Origin: an uncultured Burkholderiaceae bacterium
GTDB lineage: Bacteria > Pseudomonadota > Gammaproteobacteria > Burkholderiales > Burkholderiaceae_C
Assembly (NCBI GenBank): GCA_964551485.1
Contig: CAZKDU010000001.1
Span: 1 to 59,375, forward strand
Direction of reading: 5' to 3'
Length of the DNA: 59,375 nucleotides
Position numbers and translations under genes: made by a program
Part shown: positions 9,103-18,724 of the stretch, one piece after another
Layout: each line of letters begins with the position of its first letter
How positions within the stretch are numbered: the first letter of the stretch is position 1
Notes under the pieces: generated by a model
What the model saw: only the letters and a program-made list of their open reading frames with translations
Database searches by the model: none
What the model was told of the DNA's origin: nothing

Positions 9103-12100
9103 TGCTGGCGCGATTGATTGCCTTCGCCCTGTCGCAGCGGCTGCTGGTGGCCGTGCTCTCGCTCGGGCTGGTGGCCGCCGGTGTACAGGCCCTGCGCTCG
9201 CTGCCGATCGATGCCTTTCCCGACGTCTCCTCGACCCAGGTGAAGATCGTGCTCAAGGCGCCGGGCATGACCCCGTCCGAGGTCGAGACACGCATCGTGG
9301 CGCCGATCGAGCAGGAGCTGCTGGGCATCCCGCGCCAGAAGCTGCTGCGCTCGCAGTCCAAGTACGCCATCGCCGACATCACGCTCGACTTCGAGGACGG
9401 CACCGACATCTACTGGGCGCGCCAGCAGGTCGGTGAACGGCTCAACGGCGTGCTCGGCGACCTGCCGCCGGGCCTGAGCGGGGGCCTGGCGCCCATCACC
9501 ACCCCGCTGGGCGAGATGTTCATGTTCACCCTGGATGGCACGGCCTCGCTGATGGACAAGCGCACCGTGCTCGACACCGTGATCCGCCCGCGGCTGCGCA
9601 GCATCGCCGGGGTGGCCGACGTCAACACCCTGGGCGGCATGGTGCAGACCTTCGAGGTCGTGCCCGATGTCACGGCCCTGGCCGCACGCAGGGTCTCGCT
9701 TGAGCAACTGCAGGCCGCCCTGGCCAGCAACAACCGCAGCGACGGCGCCGGCCGCCTGTCCAGCGGTGAGGAGTCGCTGCTGGTGCGCAGCGACGGCAGC
9801 GTGCGCACGCTCGACGACGTGCGCGCCATCGCCGTGCTGCAGCGCGACGGCCAGGCGGTGCGCGTCGGCGACGTGGCCGAGGTGCGCATCGGCCACCTGA
9901 GCCGCTACGGCAGCGTCACCAAGGACGGCCAGGGCGAGGCCGTGCAGGGCCTGGTGCTGGGCCTGCGCGGCGCCAACGCGCGCGCCGTGGTCGAGCAGGT
10001 CAAGGTGCAGCTTGACACCCTGCAGGCCACCCTGCCCCCGGGCATGGCCATCACGCCCTTCTATGACCGGGGCGACCTGGTCGAGCGCGCCACCGGCACC
10101 GTGGGCAAGGCCCTGGCCGAGGCCATCGCCCTGGTGCTGGTGCTGCTGCTGGTGTTCCTGGGGCACCTGCGCGCGGCCCTCACGGTGTCGTTGATCCTGC
10201 CGCTGTCCGCGCTCGCCACCTTCCTGCTCATGCAGCACGCCGGCCTGTCGGCCAACCTGATGTCCCTGGGCGGCCTGGCCATCGCCATCGGCATGCTGGT
10301 GGACGCCGCGGTGGTGGTGGTGGAAAACATCGTCGCCCGGCAAACCCCGGCGGCCCCGGGCCAGGTGGCGCTGCCGCACCTGCACGCCGTGTACCAGGCC
10401 ACGCGCGAAGTGGCCCTGCCGGTGAGCGCGGGCATGTTCATCATCGTGATCGTTTTCCTGCCCCTGCTCACGCTGCAGGGCCTGGAGGGCAAGCTGTTCG
10501 GCCCGGTCGCACTGACCATCGTGTTCGCCCTGCTGGCCTCGTTGCTGCTGTCGCTGACGGTGATCCCCGTGCTGTCGTCCTGGCTGCTGCGCCCTTCCGG
10601 CACGGCCGAGGCCCACGCCAGCCCGCGCCTGGTGCGCTGGCTCGAACAGCGCTACGCCCCCCTGCTCGACGCCGCCCTGCAGCACGCCCGCGCCGTGGTG
10701 ATCGCGGCCGTGCTGGCCCTGGCTGCGGCCCTGATGCTGTTCCCGTTCATCGGCAAGTCCTTTATGCCGGTGCTCGATGAGGGCGACGTGATCATGCAGA
10801 TCGAGAAGCTGCCCTCGGTCACGCTGGAGCGCTCGATCCAGACCGACCTCGCCGTGCAGCAGCGCCTGCTCAAGGCCGTGCCCGAGGTCAAGAGCATCGT
10901 GGCGCGCGTCGGCTCGGACGAGCTGGGCCTGGACCCGATGGGCCTGAACGAGACCGACACCTTCATGGTGCTCAAGCCACGCAGTGAATGGCGCTTTGCC
11001 GACAAGGCCGAGCTGATCGACGCCCTTCGCGAGGCCGCGGGCACCATCCCCGGCCAGAACCTGAGCTTCACCCAGCCGATCGAAATGCGCACGGCCGAGA
11101 TGCTCTCGGGCGTGCGCGGCGACCTCGCGGTGAAGGTGTTCGGCCCGAACGAGCGCACCCTCACGCAGCTGGCCGAGCAGATCGCCCACACGCTCTCCGG
11201 CCTGCCCGGCAGCGAAGACGTGATCGCCGCCAAGAACGAGGGCGTGCAGTACCTGCGCGTGGACATCGACCGCACGGCCGCCGGGCGCCTGGGGCTCAAC
11301 GCCGAGACCCTGCAGCACGACCTGCGCACCCTGGTCGAGGGCCAGCGCAGCGGCACCGTGCTGCAGGACGCGCGCCGCATCCCCCTGACGCTGCGCGGCC
11401 CCGACAGCCTGCGCATGTCGCCCGAGCTGTTCCAGCAGCTGCGCCTGCCGCAGGCCGACGGCTCCTCGATCCCGCTGAGTGCCGTGGCCCGGCTCGAGGT
11501 CGGCGACGGGCCGGTGCGCATCGAGCGCGAGAACGCCTCGCGCATGGCCGTGGTGCGCGCCAACGTGCGCGGGCGCGACCTGGTGGGCTTTGTGCGCGAC
11601 GCCCAGGCCGCCGTGGCCCAGCAGGTCACGCTGCCTGCCGGCTACCGCCTGACCTGGGGCGGCCAGTTCGAGAACCAGCAACGCGCCGCCGCACGCCTGG
11701 GCCTGGTGGTGCCCGTGGCCCTGGGCCTGATCGTGCTGGTGCTGTTCACCACCCTGGGCTCGCTGCGCCAGGCCATCCTGGTGCTGGCCAACATCCCGTT
11801 CGCCCTGATCGGCGGCATCGCTGCCCTGGCCCTGGCCCGCGAGTATCTGTCGGTGCCGGCCTCGGTGGGCTTCATCGCGCTCATGGGCATCGCCGTGCTC
11901 AACGGCCTGGTGCTGGTCACCTGCTTCAACCAGCTCGCCGCGCGTGGCCTGCCGCTGGACGAGGTGGTGCGCCAGGGCAGCCTGCGCCGCCTGCGCCCGG
12001 TGCTCATGACCGCCAGCATCACGGCGCTCGGCCTGATCCCGCTGCTGCTGGCCAGTGGCCCGGGCTCGGAAATCCAGCGCCCGCTGGCTGTGGTGGTGAT

Positions 12101-12212
12101 TGGCGGCCTGGTCAGCTCCACGCTGCTGACCCTGGTGCTGCTGCCCATCCTGTACCGCCGCTTCGGCCAGGCCCCGGCGCGGCGCGCCCTCTCCCAGCCC
12201 CAATCTGCCTGA
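9102..12212 (+). CDS. CusA/CzcA-family heavy-metal efflux RND permease
   Basis: Starts MLARLIAFALSQRLLVAVLSLGLVAAGVQALRSLPIDAFPDVSSTQVKIV..., about 1036 aa with 12-TM RND topology. The ORF-track start at 9012 lies inside the adaptor gene. Confidence 0.93.
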   Translation: MLARLIAFALSQRLLVAVLSLGLVAAGVQALRSLPIDAFPDVSSTQVKIVLKAPGMTPSEVETRIVAPIEQELLGIPRQKLLRSQSKYAIADITLDFEDGTDIYWARQQVGERLNGVLGDLPPGLSGGLAPITTPLGEMFMFTLDGTASLMDKRTVLDTVIRPRLRSIAGVADVNTLGGMVQTFEVVPDVTALAARRVSLEQLQAALASNNRSDGAGRLSSGEESLLVRSDGSVRTLDDVRAIAVLQRDGQAVRVGDVAEVRIGHLSRYGSVTKDGQGEAVQGLVLGLRGANARAVVEQVKVQLDTLQATLPPGMAITPFYDRGDLVERATGTVGKALAEAIALVLVLLLVFLGHLRAALTVSLILPLSALATFLLMQHAGLSANLMSLGGLAIAIGMLVDAAVVVVENIVARQTPAAPGQVALPHLHAVYQATREVALPVSAGMFIIVIVFLPLLTLQGLEGKLFGPVALTIVFALLASLLLSLTVIPVLSSWLLRPSGTAEAHASPRLVRWLEQRYAPLLDAALQHARAVVIAAVLALAAALMLFPFIGKSFMPVLDEGDVIMQIEKLPSVTLERSIQTDLAVQQRLLKAVPEVKSIVARVGSDELGLDPMGLNETDTFMVLKPRSEWRFADKAELIDALREAAGTIPGQNLSFTQPIEMRTAEMLSGVRGDLAVKVFGPNERTLTQLAEQIAHTLSGLPGSEDVIAAKNEGVQYLRVDIDRTAAGRLGLNAETLQHDLRTLVEGQRSGTVLQDARRIPLTLRGPDSLRMSPELFQQLRLPQADGSSIPLSAVARLEVGDGPVRIERENASRMAVVRANVRGRDLVGFVRDAQAAVAQQVTLPAGYRLTWGGQFENQQRAAARLGLVVPVALGLIVLVLFTTLGSLRQAILVLANIPFALIGGIAALALAREYLSVPASVGFIALMGIAVLNGLVLVTCFNQLAARGLPLDEVVRQGSLRRLRPVLMTASITALGLIPLLLASGPGSEIQRPLAVVVIGGLVSSTLLTLVLLPILYRRFGQAPARRALSQPQSA

Positions 12213-12215
12213 ACC

Positions 12216-12554
12216 ATGCCCACCCCCGCCCACCCCCTCTCTCCGGACACCCCGGACCGCCTGCTCACGCTGGCGCTGCCCCATGGCCTGCAGGACGAGC
12301 TGATCGGCCTGCTGCACGCCCTGCCCGACCCACTGCCCGGCTTCTCCCTGGTGCAGGGCCATGGCCTGGGCGCCGATGCCTCGCTGGCCTCGCCCATGGA
12401 GCAGGTGCTGGGCCGGGCCCGGCGCGTGTTCGTGCAGATTGCCCTGCCGCAGTCGCGCGTGCCCGAGCTGCTGGCGCAGCTGCACCAGGCCCTGCCCAGC
12501 CCGGAGATCGCCTACTGGGTGCAACCCCTGCTGGCGTTCGGGAGGCTGGCATGA
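12216..12554 (+). CDS. DUF3240-like small protein commonly linked to CzcA-type pumps
   Basis: 112 aa, 4 nt after the pump stop and overlapping the next gene by 4 nt. The family name is recalled from position and the LL.LALP.GLQDELIG.L motif. Confidence 0.65.
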   Translation: MPTPAHPLSPDTPDRLLTLALPHGLQDELIGLLHALPDPLPGFSLVQGHGLGADASLASPMEQVLGRARRVFVQIALPQSRVPELLAQLHQALPSPEIAYWVQPLLAFGRLA

Positions 12555-13867
12555 GCGCACGCACGCCCTCTCGCCCCCACACGGCACCGTGGCGCCTGGC
12601 CCTGACCGCACTGGCCCTCTGCCTCGGGCCATGCCTGGCCCAGGCCCAGCCCTTGCCCCCCGCGGCCGAGACCATGCCCCTGGCCCTGCCCCCGGCGCCC
12701 CAGGCCGTGGCAGTGATCGAGCAATTGCCCGTGGTGCGCGCCGCCCAGGCCGGGCGTGCCCAGGCCGCCGCCCGGGCCGACCGCTGGCAAGCCGGCCCGC
12801 ATGAGTGGGCCATCAGGCTGGGGGCCCAGCAACGCCGTGAACAGGCAGGGCCGCGCTACCGTGAGCACGACTGGGGCCTGGAGCGCGGCCTGCGCTGGCC
12901 CGACAAGGCCACCACCGACCGCGCCCTGGGCCAGAACGAGCGCACCCTGGGCGACCTGCAGTTTGCCGACGCCTGGCACGAGGCCGCGCGCGGCCTGCTG
13001 GCGGCCTGGTTCGGCTGGCTGCGCGACGCCCGCAGCGCCGCCGTGCTGGCGGCCCAGGCCGAGCTGGCCCAGCAGCAGCTGGACGTGGCCAACCGGCGCC
13101 TGCGCGCCGGTGAGGCCGCACGCCTGGAGCAGCTCATGGCCCAGGCCGAGCAGCAGCGCGCCCAGGCCGTGGCGCGGCAGGCCCAGCTCCAGGCCGACCT
13201 GCAAGGGCAGGCCTTGAAACAGCGCTACCCGGACCTGGGCCTGCACCTGCCCCAACCGCTGCCCCGCCCCGCCCCACTCCCAGACAGCGACCGTGAATGG
13301 GCCCAGCGGATCCTCGACGACAACCATGAGCTGGAGCTGGCCGAGGCCACGGCCCGGCAGGCGGGCCTGCTGGCCGAGCGCAGCGGCCGCGAGCGCCGCC
13401 CCGACCCGGTGCTGGGCGTGCGCAGCAGCCGCGAGCGCGGCGGCCAGGAGCAGGTGCTCGGGGTGTACCTGAGCCTGCCGCTGGCCGGCGACCTGCGCCA
13501 CGCCAACGAGCGCGAAGCCCTGGCCCAGGCAGCCCAGGCCGAGCAGCAGCTGGCCGACACCCGGCTGCGCCTGCAGACAGCCGCGCTGCGGCTGGCCATG
13601 CAGGCCCGGCAGACCCAGGTCGCCTGGGCCTCTCTCGACCAGGCCCGTCAGGCCATGCAGCAGGCCGCCGCCCTGGCCCAGCGGGCCTATGCCCTTGGCG
13701 AAACCCCGTTGACCGACGCCCTGCAGGCGCGCCGCGCCGCGCTTGACGCCGAACTCGCGGCCGAAGCACAGCGCCTGGACGCCCTGGAACACAGAGCCCG
13801 GTTGCAACTCGACACCCACCAGCTATGGCAGCCACCGGGTGGCCACCACCCTGCGGAGATGCCGTGA
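12551..13867 (+). CDS. TolC/CzcC-family outer membrane efflux protein
   Basis: In-frame ATG at 12551 within the long 10988..13867 ORF. MSARTPSRPHTAPWRLALTALALCLGPCLAQA signal. Alanine/glutamine-rich coiled repeats typical of outer-membrane factors. Confidence 0.8.
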   Translation: MSARTPSRPHTAPWRLALTALALCLGPCLAQAQPLPPAAETMPLALPPAPQAVAVIEQLPVVRAAQAGRAQAAARADRWQAGPHEWAIRLGAQQRREQAGPRYREHDWGLERGLRWPDKATTDRALGQNERTLGDLQFADAWHEAARGLLAAWFGWLRDARSAAVLAAQAELAQQQLDVANRRLRAGEAARLEQLMAQAEQQRAQAVARQAQLQADLQGQALKQRYPDLGLHLPQPLPRPAPLPDSDREWAQRILDDNHELELAEATARQAGLLAERSGRERRPDPVLGVRSSRERGGQEQVLGVYLSLPLAGDLRHANEREALAQAAQAEQQLADTRLRLQTAALRLAMQARQTQVAWASLDQARQAMQQAAALAQRAYALGETPLTDALQARRAALDAELAAEAQRLDALEHRARLQLDTHQLWQPPGGHHPAEMP

Positions 13868-13900
13868 CCACGCCACGGCGGCGGCGCCACAGGCCGGCAG

Positions 13901-15298
13901 TCACACCGCCGGGGGAGCCACCGCCTCGAACCGCAGACTCGCACACAGACCCACGCCGCCCTCGCCAGGCCCCAAGGACAGGGGCACCCCCATCACGCGC
14001 GCGTACTGCGCCACGATGGCCAGTCCCAGGCCCGTACCCTGGCCGAGGCGCTCGCCCAGGGCACCCTGGGCCCAGCGCTGCATCAGCTGTCGGCGTTCGC
14101 GCGGGGCAATGCCCGGGCCGTTGTCGCACACCGACAGCGTCACACCCGCCGCGCCCTGGCCCACGGCCACCGTGATGCGCGCCGGGGCATCTGCCGGCCG
14201 TCCATAGCGCAGCGCGTTGTCGATCAGGTTGTTCAACACCCCTTCAATGAGGCCCGCGTGGCCACGCACCACCAGCTGAGGCTCCAGGCCATGGGCACCC
14301 AGGTCCACCCCGGCCGCGTCGGCACGCGGCAAAAACCGCAGCACCGCCTCGCGCACCAGGGGCTCGAGCGGCACAGGCGCTGGCACCATGTCGGCCCGGG
14401 CCTCGTCCGCCAAGGCCAGGGCCAGCAGCTGGTCCACCAGGTGGCTGGCACGCGCTTCGCTGCGCGCCACCCCTTCAAGCTGGGCACGCCAGGTGGCGGG
14501 GTCGGGTTGCGCCAAACCGTACTCGGCCTGGGCCCGGATGCCTGCCAGCGGGGTGCGCAGCTCATGCGCCACGTTGCCGGCAAACTGCCGTTGCGCGGTC
14601 ACGCTTTGCGCCACCCGCGCCAGCAGGGCGTTGACGGCACGCGTCAGGCGCTGCAGGTCCCTGGTGCTGGCCGGCACCGTCACCGGCCGCAGGTCCTGCG
14701 CGTCGCGCTGATCCAGGGCCTCCTCCAGCTCGGTGAGCGGCGCCAGATCGGTCTGGATGGCGCGGCGCAGCCAGGCGGCCAGCAGCACCAGCAGCACCAG
14801 CGGCGGCATGGCCGAGAACACTGCCAGGCGCTGCAGCAGCAGGCCCTGGCTGCGGGTGGTCTGGCCCAGCACCACGGTGAACGTGCCGCCTGCGCGCCGC
14901 AGCGTCACGGTGCGCAGCCAGTGGCCGTCATAGGCCTGCTCTGCCAGGCCGTGGGAAAGTCCCGGTGACAGGCGCTCGGCCCTCAGGCCCGGGTGCCCGG
15001 CGATCAGACGGCCGTCCCCATCGAGCACCGCGAAGTACACGTTCTCGACCTGATCGAACAGCACAGTCTTGATTTCGGCCGGGGTCAGCTCCAGCACCAA
15101 GCGGCCCTGGGTCGGCCTCACCGAGGCCGCCAGGGCATGGGCATCGTCCAGCAGGGCACGGTCGAACGCCTGGCGCACGAAATAGTGGGCCTGCCAAATG
15201 CCCAGGGCCGAGCCCAGCAGCCAGGTCAAGGCCAGCGGCAACAGCACATGGCGCAGCAGGCGCGAGCGCAATGAGGGTGCCGCAAAGACCGCCGTCAT
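13901..15298 (-). CDS. sensor histidine kinase (TctE-like N-terminal sensor)
   Basis: Trimmed to MTAVFAAPSLRSRLLRHVLLPLALTWLL, whose ATG overlaps the regulator stop (ATGA). H-box NVAHELRTPLAGI. NLIDNALRYG, DNGPGI, GTGLGLAIV. Confidence 0.88.
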   Translation of the reverse strand: MTAVFAAPSLRSRLLRHVLLPLALTWLLGSALGIWQAHYFVRQAFDRALLDDAHALAASVRPTQGRLVLELTPAEIKTVLFDQVENVYFAVLDGDGRLIAGHPGLRAERLSPGLSHGLAEQAYDGHWLRTVTLRRAGGTFTVVLGQTTRSQGLLLQRLAVFSAMPPLVLLVLLAAWLRRAIQTDLAPLTELEEALDQRDAQDLRPVTVPASTRDLQRLTRAVNALLARVAQSVTAQRQFAGNVAHELRTPLAGIRAQAEYGLAQPDPATWRAQLEGVARSEARASHLVDQLLALALADEARADMVPAPVPLEPLVREAVLRFLPRADAAGVDLGAHGLEPQLVVRGHAGLIEGVLNNLIDNALRYGRPADAPARITVAVGQGAAGVTLSVCDNGPGIAPRERRQLMQRWAQGALGERLGQGTGLGLAIVAQYARVMGVPLSLGPGEGGVGLCASLRFEAVAPPAV

Positions 15299-15987
15299 GG
15301 GGCGTCCGTCTCCAGCAGGTAGCCAATGCCCCGCAGCGTGCGGATGCTGGCCCCACTGCCCGCCAGCTTTTTGCGCAGCCGCGAGATGAAGGTCTCCAGC
15401 GCGTTGTCGCCCAGGGTCTCGTCCAGGGTGGAGAGTTTGTCCGACAGTACGCGCTTGCTCAGGGTGCGCCCAGGCGGGGTCATCAGTTCCCACAGCACCT
15501 CGAACTCTCGGGCCGGCAGGTCCAGCGGCTGGCGCTGCATGTACACGCGGCGCGCCTTGCGGTCCAGCGCCAGGGCGCCCACCTCGACCCAGTCTTCCGT
15601 GCCCTGCACGCGCCGCACCACGGCACGCAACCTGGCCTCCACCTCGGCCAGCTCGAAGGGCTTGCCCAGGTAGTCATCAGCACCGGCGTCCAGCCCGGCG
15701 ATGCGCTCGTCGGTGCGGTTGCGCGCCGTCAGCACCAGCACCGGCGTGCGATCACCGCGCGCACGTGCCTCGCGCAGCAGGGTCAGGCCACTGCCCCAGC
15801 CCTCGTGTGGCCGCGCCGAGACCGGCAGATTCAGGTCCAGCAGCACGGCGTCGAATGGCTGCACCCGCCACCAATGGCGCGCCTCCTCCAGCGTGGCCGC
15901 CACATCCACCCGATGGCCGGCATCGACCAGGCTGCGCAGCATCACCTCGCGCAGCACGGCGTCGTCTTCAACCAGCAGGATTCGCAT
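15295..15987 (-). CDS. OmpR-family response regulator
   Basis: MRILLVEDDAVLREVM..., AVLLDLNLP, C-terminal ...ISRLRKKL...IRTLRGIGYLL. Confidence 0.9.
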   Translation of the reverse strand: MRILLVEDDAVLREVMLRSLVDAGHRVDVAATLEEARHWWRVQPFDAVLLDLNLPVSARPHEGWGSGLTLLREARARGDRTPVLVLTARNRTDERIAGLDAGADDYLGKPFELAEVEARLRAVVRRVQGTEDWVEVGALALDRKARRVYMQRQPLDLPAREFEVLWELMTPPGRTLSKRVLSDKLSTLDETLGDNALETFISRLRKKLAGSGASIRTLRGIGYLLETDAP

Positions 15988-16060
15988 GGCCCGATTGTGC
16001 GGGGAAACCCGGGGCCTTGGTCAGGCCCAGGTCAGTCGTGTTGAGGGATAACCCGAAGGT

Positions 16061-17401
16061 ATGAACCTCCGCCCCTTGTTTTTGGCCGCCGGTGTCTGGT
16101 GGGCCTGCGCAGCCATGGCCCAGCCCATGCAGGCACCGCTGTCCCTGGACGAGGTGCTGCAAGCGGCGCGCAACAACTTGGACAGCGCCATGGCCAGCCG
16201 GGGTCTGGCCGCGGCACGTGCCGACGTGCTGGCCGCCGACCATGCACCGCTGCCTGTGTTGTCCGCCAAAACGGCGTCCATCGACCTGCAAAATGGCGTG
16301 GGCGGCGGCAACTGGCTCACCCAGAAGCGCGTTGACAAGGCCATCGGCCTGGACTGGACCTGGGAGCGTGGCAACAAGCGTGCCCTGCGCACCCAGGCCG
16401 CCCAAGGCGCCGCCCAGGCCGCCCAGGCCGACCTGGACGAGGTGCGCACCCAACAGCAGCTGGCAGGCCATGGGGCCTTCTATGACCTGCTCTCGGCGGA
16501 TGAACGACTGGAAGAGGTGCGTCAGATCGAGCGCGGCACCCGCCAGCTCGCCGCCAGCGCTGCGCGCCGTGTGCAGGCCGGCGACCTGGCCGCGCAGGAC
16601 GCCAGCCGCATCGACATCGAGGCGCGCCGGGCCCAGCTCGACGTGCAGGCCGCGGTGCTGGAGCGCCAACGGGCCGCGGTGCAGCTGGCCCAGCTGCTGG
16701 GCCATGCCAACGGCAGCCCCGACCCGGGCACACTGCGGGTGCGCCCCGAGTGGCCCAGCCTCGGCCCATGGGCTGAAGCCGATGGTGCGATGGAGTCACT
16801 GATCGCCAACCGCCCCGACGTGCGTGCGGCCCAGGCCCGGGTGGATGCAGCCCAGGCGGTGCGTGATGCGGCGCTCGCACTCACGAAGAACGACCTGACC
16901 TGGGGCGCGTCGTACGACCATTACCCTGGCAACTCCACCCGGCTGCTCGAGTTCCGCGTGCAGCTGCCGCTGCAGTGGGGCTACAGCTACCAGGGCGAAA
17001 TCGGGCGCGCCGAAGCCCAGCTCGACCTGGCGCGCGACAGCCTGGAAAAAACCCGGCTGCTGGCACGCACCGAGTGGTTGCGCCTGCGCCAGGAACTGGC
17101 CAGTGCGGCCGAACGGGCCCATGCTTACGCCAACGACATCCTGCCCCGGGCACGCGCCGTGGCCGACCGCGCCGAGCTCGCCTATCAGCGCGGCGCCACG
17201 CCGCTGAGCGACTTGCTCGACGCCCGCCGCACCCTGCGCGCCACCTTGCTGGACGCCCTGGCCGCCCGCGCCGAGCACGCCCGCGCCTGGGGCGCATGGC
17301 GTTTGCGCACCCAGGGCATTGCGCCCATCGCCCCCCCAGTGAATGCACCGCCCGATGCGGACCTGGCACGCAACCACACCGACGCCCCGCTGCCCCGCTG
17401 A
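16061..17401 (+). CDS. TolC/CzcC-family outer membrane efflux protein
   Basis: 446 aa. Signal MNLRPLFLAAGVWWACAAMAQP. Divergent from the two-component pair and first gene of a C-B-A order operon. Confidence 0.88.
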   Translation: MNLRPLFLAAGVWWACAAMAQPMQAPLSLDEVLQAARNNLDSAMASRGLAAARADVLAADHAPLPVLSAKTASIDLQNGVGGGNWLTQKRVDKAIGLDWTWERGNKRALRTQAAQGAAQAAQADLDEVRTQQQLAGHGAFYDLLSADERLEEVRQIERGTRQLAASAARRVQAGDLAAQDASRIDIEARRAQLDVQAAVLERQRAAVQLAQLLGHANGSPDPGTLRVRPEWPSLGPWAEADGAMESLIANRPDVRAAQARVDAAQAVRDAALALTKNDLTWGASYDHYPGNSTRLLEFRVQLPLQWGYSYQGEIGRAEAQLDLARDSLEKTRLLARTEWLRLRQELASAAERAHAYANDILPRARAVADRAELAYQRGATPLSDLLDARRTLRATLLDALAARAEHARAWGAWRLRTQGIAPIAPPVNAPPDADLARNHTDAPLPR

Positions 17402-17452
17402 GCCACAGCGCTTGCACAGCCTGTTCCAGTTCCCTTGTTTTTTCCAGCCCAG

Positions 17453-18724
17453 ATGTCCCCCGTGAAACGACTGACCCTCCTGCTCGGCAGCACCTTGGCC
17501 CTGGCCCTGGTGGCCTGCAGCGAGCCGCCTGCCCCTGCCCCGCAACCGCTCGCGCCCATCCTGCAAGGCAACCAGCTCCGCTTCCCGCCCGGTCATCCGC
17601 AACTGGCCCTGCTGGGCCTGAGCACGGCCGCACCGGGCCAGACCATGACCGTGGAACTGCCAGCCAAGCTGGTCTGGAACGAAGAGCGCACCCAGCGCAT
17701 CTACCCGGCCTTCGCCGGCCGCGTCACCGCCATCCGCGCCGACGTGGGCCAGGCCGTCAAGCCGGGCAGCGTGCTGGCGCAGCTGGCCTCGCCCGACTTC
17801 GGCGCAGCCCAGGCCGACACTGCCAAGGCCCGCAGCGATGCCGCGCTCACCCAGAAAGCGCTGTCGCGTCAGCGCGAGCTGTTCGACGCCGGCATCGTCG
17901 CCCGCAAAGACCTGGAGCAGGCCGAGGCCGACGCCTCGCGAGCCCAGGCCGAGGTGGCCCGCGCCGATGCCCGCACCCGGCTCTACGGTGGCGGCGACAG
18001 CGTCAACCAGTCGCTGCCCTTGAGTGCCGGCCTCGCCGGTGTGGTGGTGGAGCGCAACCTCAATCCCGGCCAGGAGCTGCGCCCGGACCAAAGCGGCCCC
18101 GGCGTGCCGCCCTTGTTTGTGGTCACGGACCCCGGCTCGTTGTGGGTGCAGATCGACGCCCGCGAGTCCGAGGTGGGCACGCTGCGCCCGGGCAGCAGTT
18201 TCGAGCTGGTCATCCCGTCGCTGCCGGGCGAGCGCTTTGAAGGGCGTGTGTTGACCCTGGCCGATGCCATCGACCCGGCCACCCGAACCATCAAGGTGCG
18301 GGGGGTCATCGCCAACCCCGAACGCCGGCTCAAGGCCGAGATGCTGGCCACCGCGCGGCTGCAGCGCAGCCTGGGCAGTGGTGTGCTGGTGCCCGCTGGC
18401 GCCGTGGTGCTGCGCGGCACCCAGCAGTGGGTCATGGTCCAGGTTCAGCCTGGGGTGTTCGAGCCCCGCGAGGTGAAGCTCGGCTACGAAGGCCCGCAGG
18501 AGGTGCTGATCTCGCGCGGGCTGGAGGTCGGCGAGCAGGTGGTGAGTGAAAACACCCTGCTGCTGGCACGCCAGTTCCGGATTGCCCGGGAAGAGGCATC
18601 TGCAGAACAGAAACGGGCCTCAGCCCTTGCCAACACTGCGAACGTTGCTCCTAAAACAGGAGCGAATGGGGGTGGCGGGGTCCGTGGTGCCGCCCCGGCG
18701 GCCAGCGGAGCACGCCAGCCATGA
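17453..18724 (+). CDS. efflux RND transporter periplasmic adaptor subunit (CzcB-like)
   Basis: ATG at 17453 (MSPVKRLTLLLGSTLALALVAC, lipobox-like). The ORF-track TTG at 17435 is an alternative. Stop overlaps the pump start. Confidence 0.85.
   Translation: MSPVKRLTLLLGSTLALALVACSEPPAPAPQPLAPILQGNQLRFPPGHPQLALLGLSTAAPGQTMTVELPAKLVWNEERTQRIYPAFAGRVTAIRADVGQAVKPGSVLAQLASPDFGAAQADTAKARSDAALTQKALSRQRELFDAGIVARKDLEQAEADASRAQAEVARADARTRLYGGGDSVNQSLPLSAGLAGVVVERNLNPGQELRPDQSGPGVPPLFVVTDPGSLWVQIDARESEVGTLRPGSSFELVIPSLPGERFEGRVLTLADAIDPATRTIKVRGVIANPERRLKAEMLATARLQRSLGSGVLVPAGAVVLRGTQQWVMVQVQPGVFEPREVKLGYEGPQEVLISRGLEVGEQVVSENTLLLARQFRIAREEASAEQKRASALANTANVAPKTGANGGGGVRGAAPAASGARQP

Noticed and set aside
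8748-12632. Giant antisense ORFs from the track (8748..12632 minus, 1294 aa; also 18484..23256 minus, 1590 aa; 7345..8955 minus; 12512..13819 minus).
   Set aside because: They lie opposite genes with unmistakable RND, adaptor or OMF sequences. They are Arg/Gly/Ala/His/Gln-rich with no motifs, the usual stop-free shadow frames of very GC-rich DNA.
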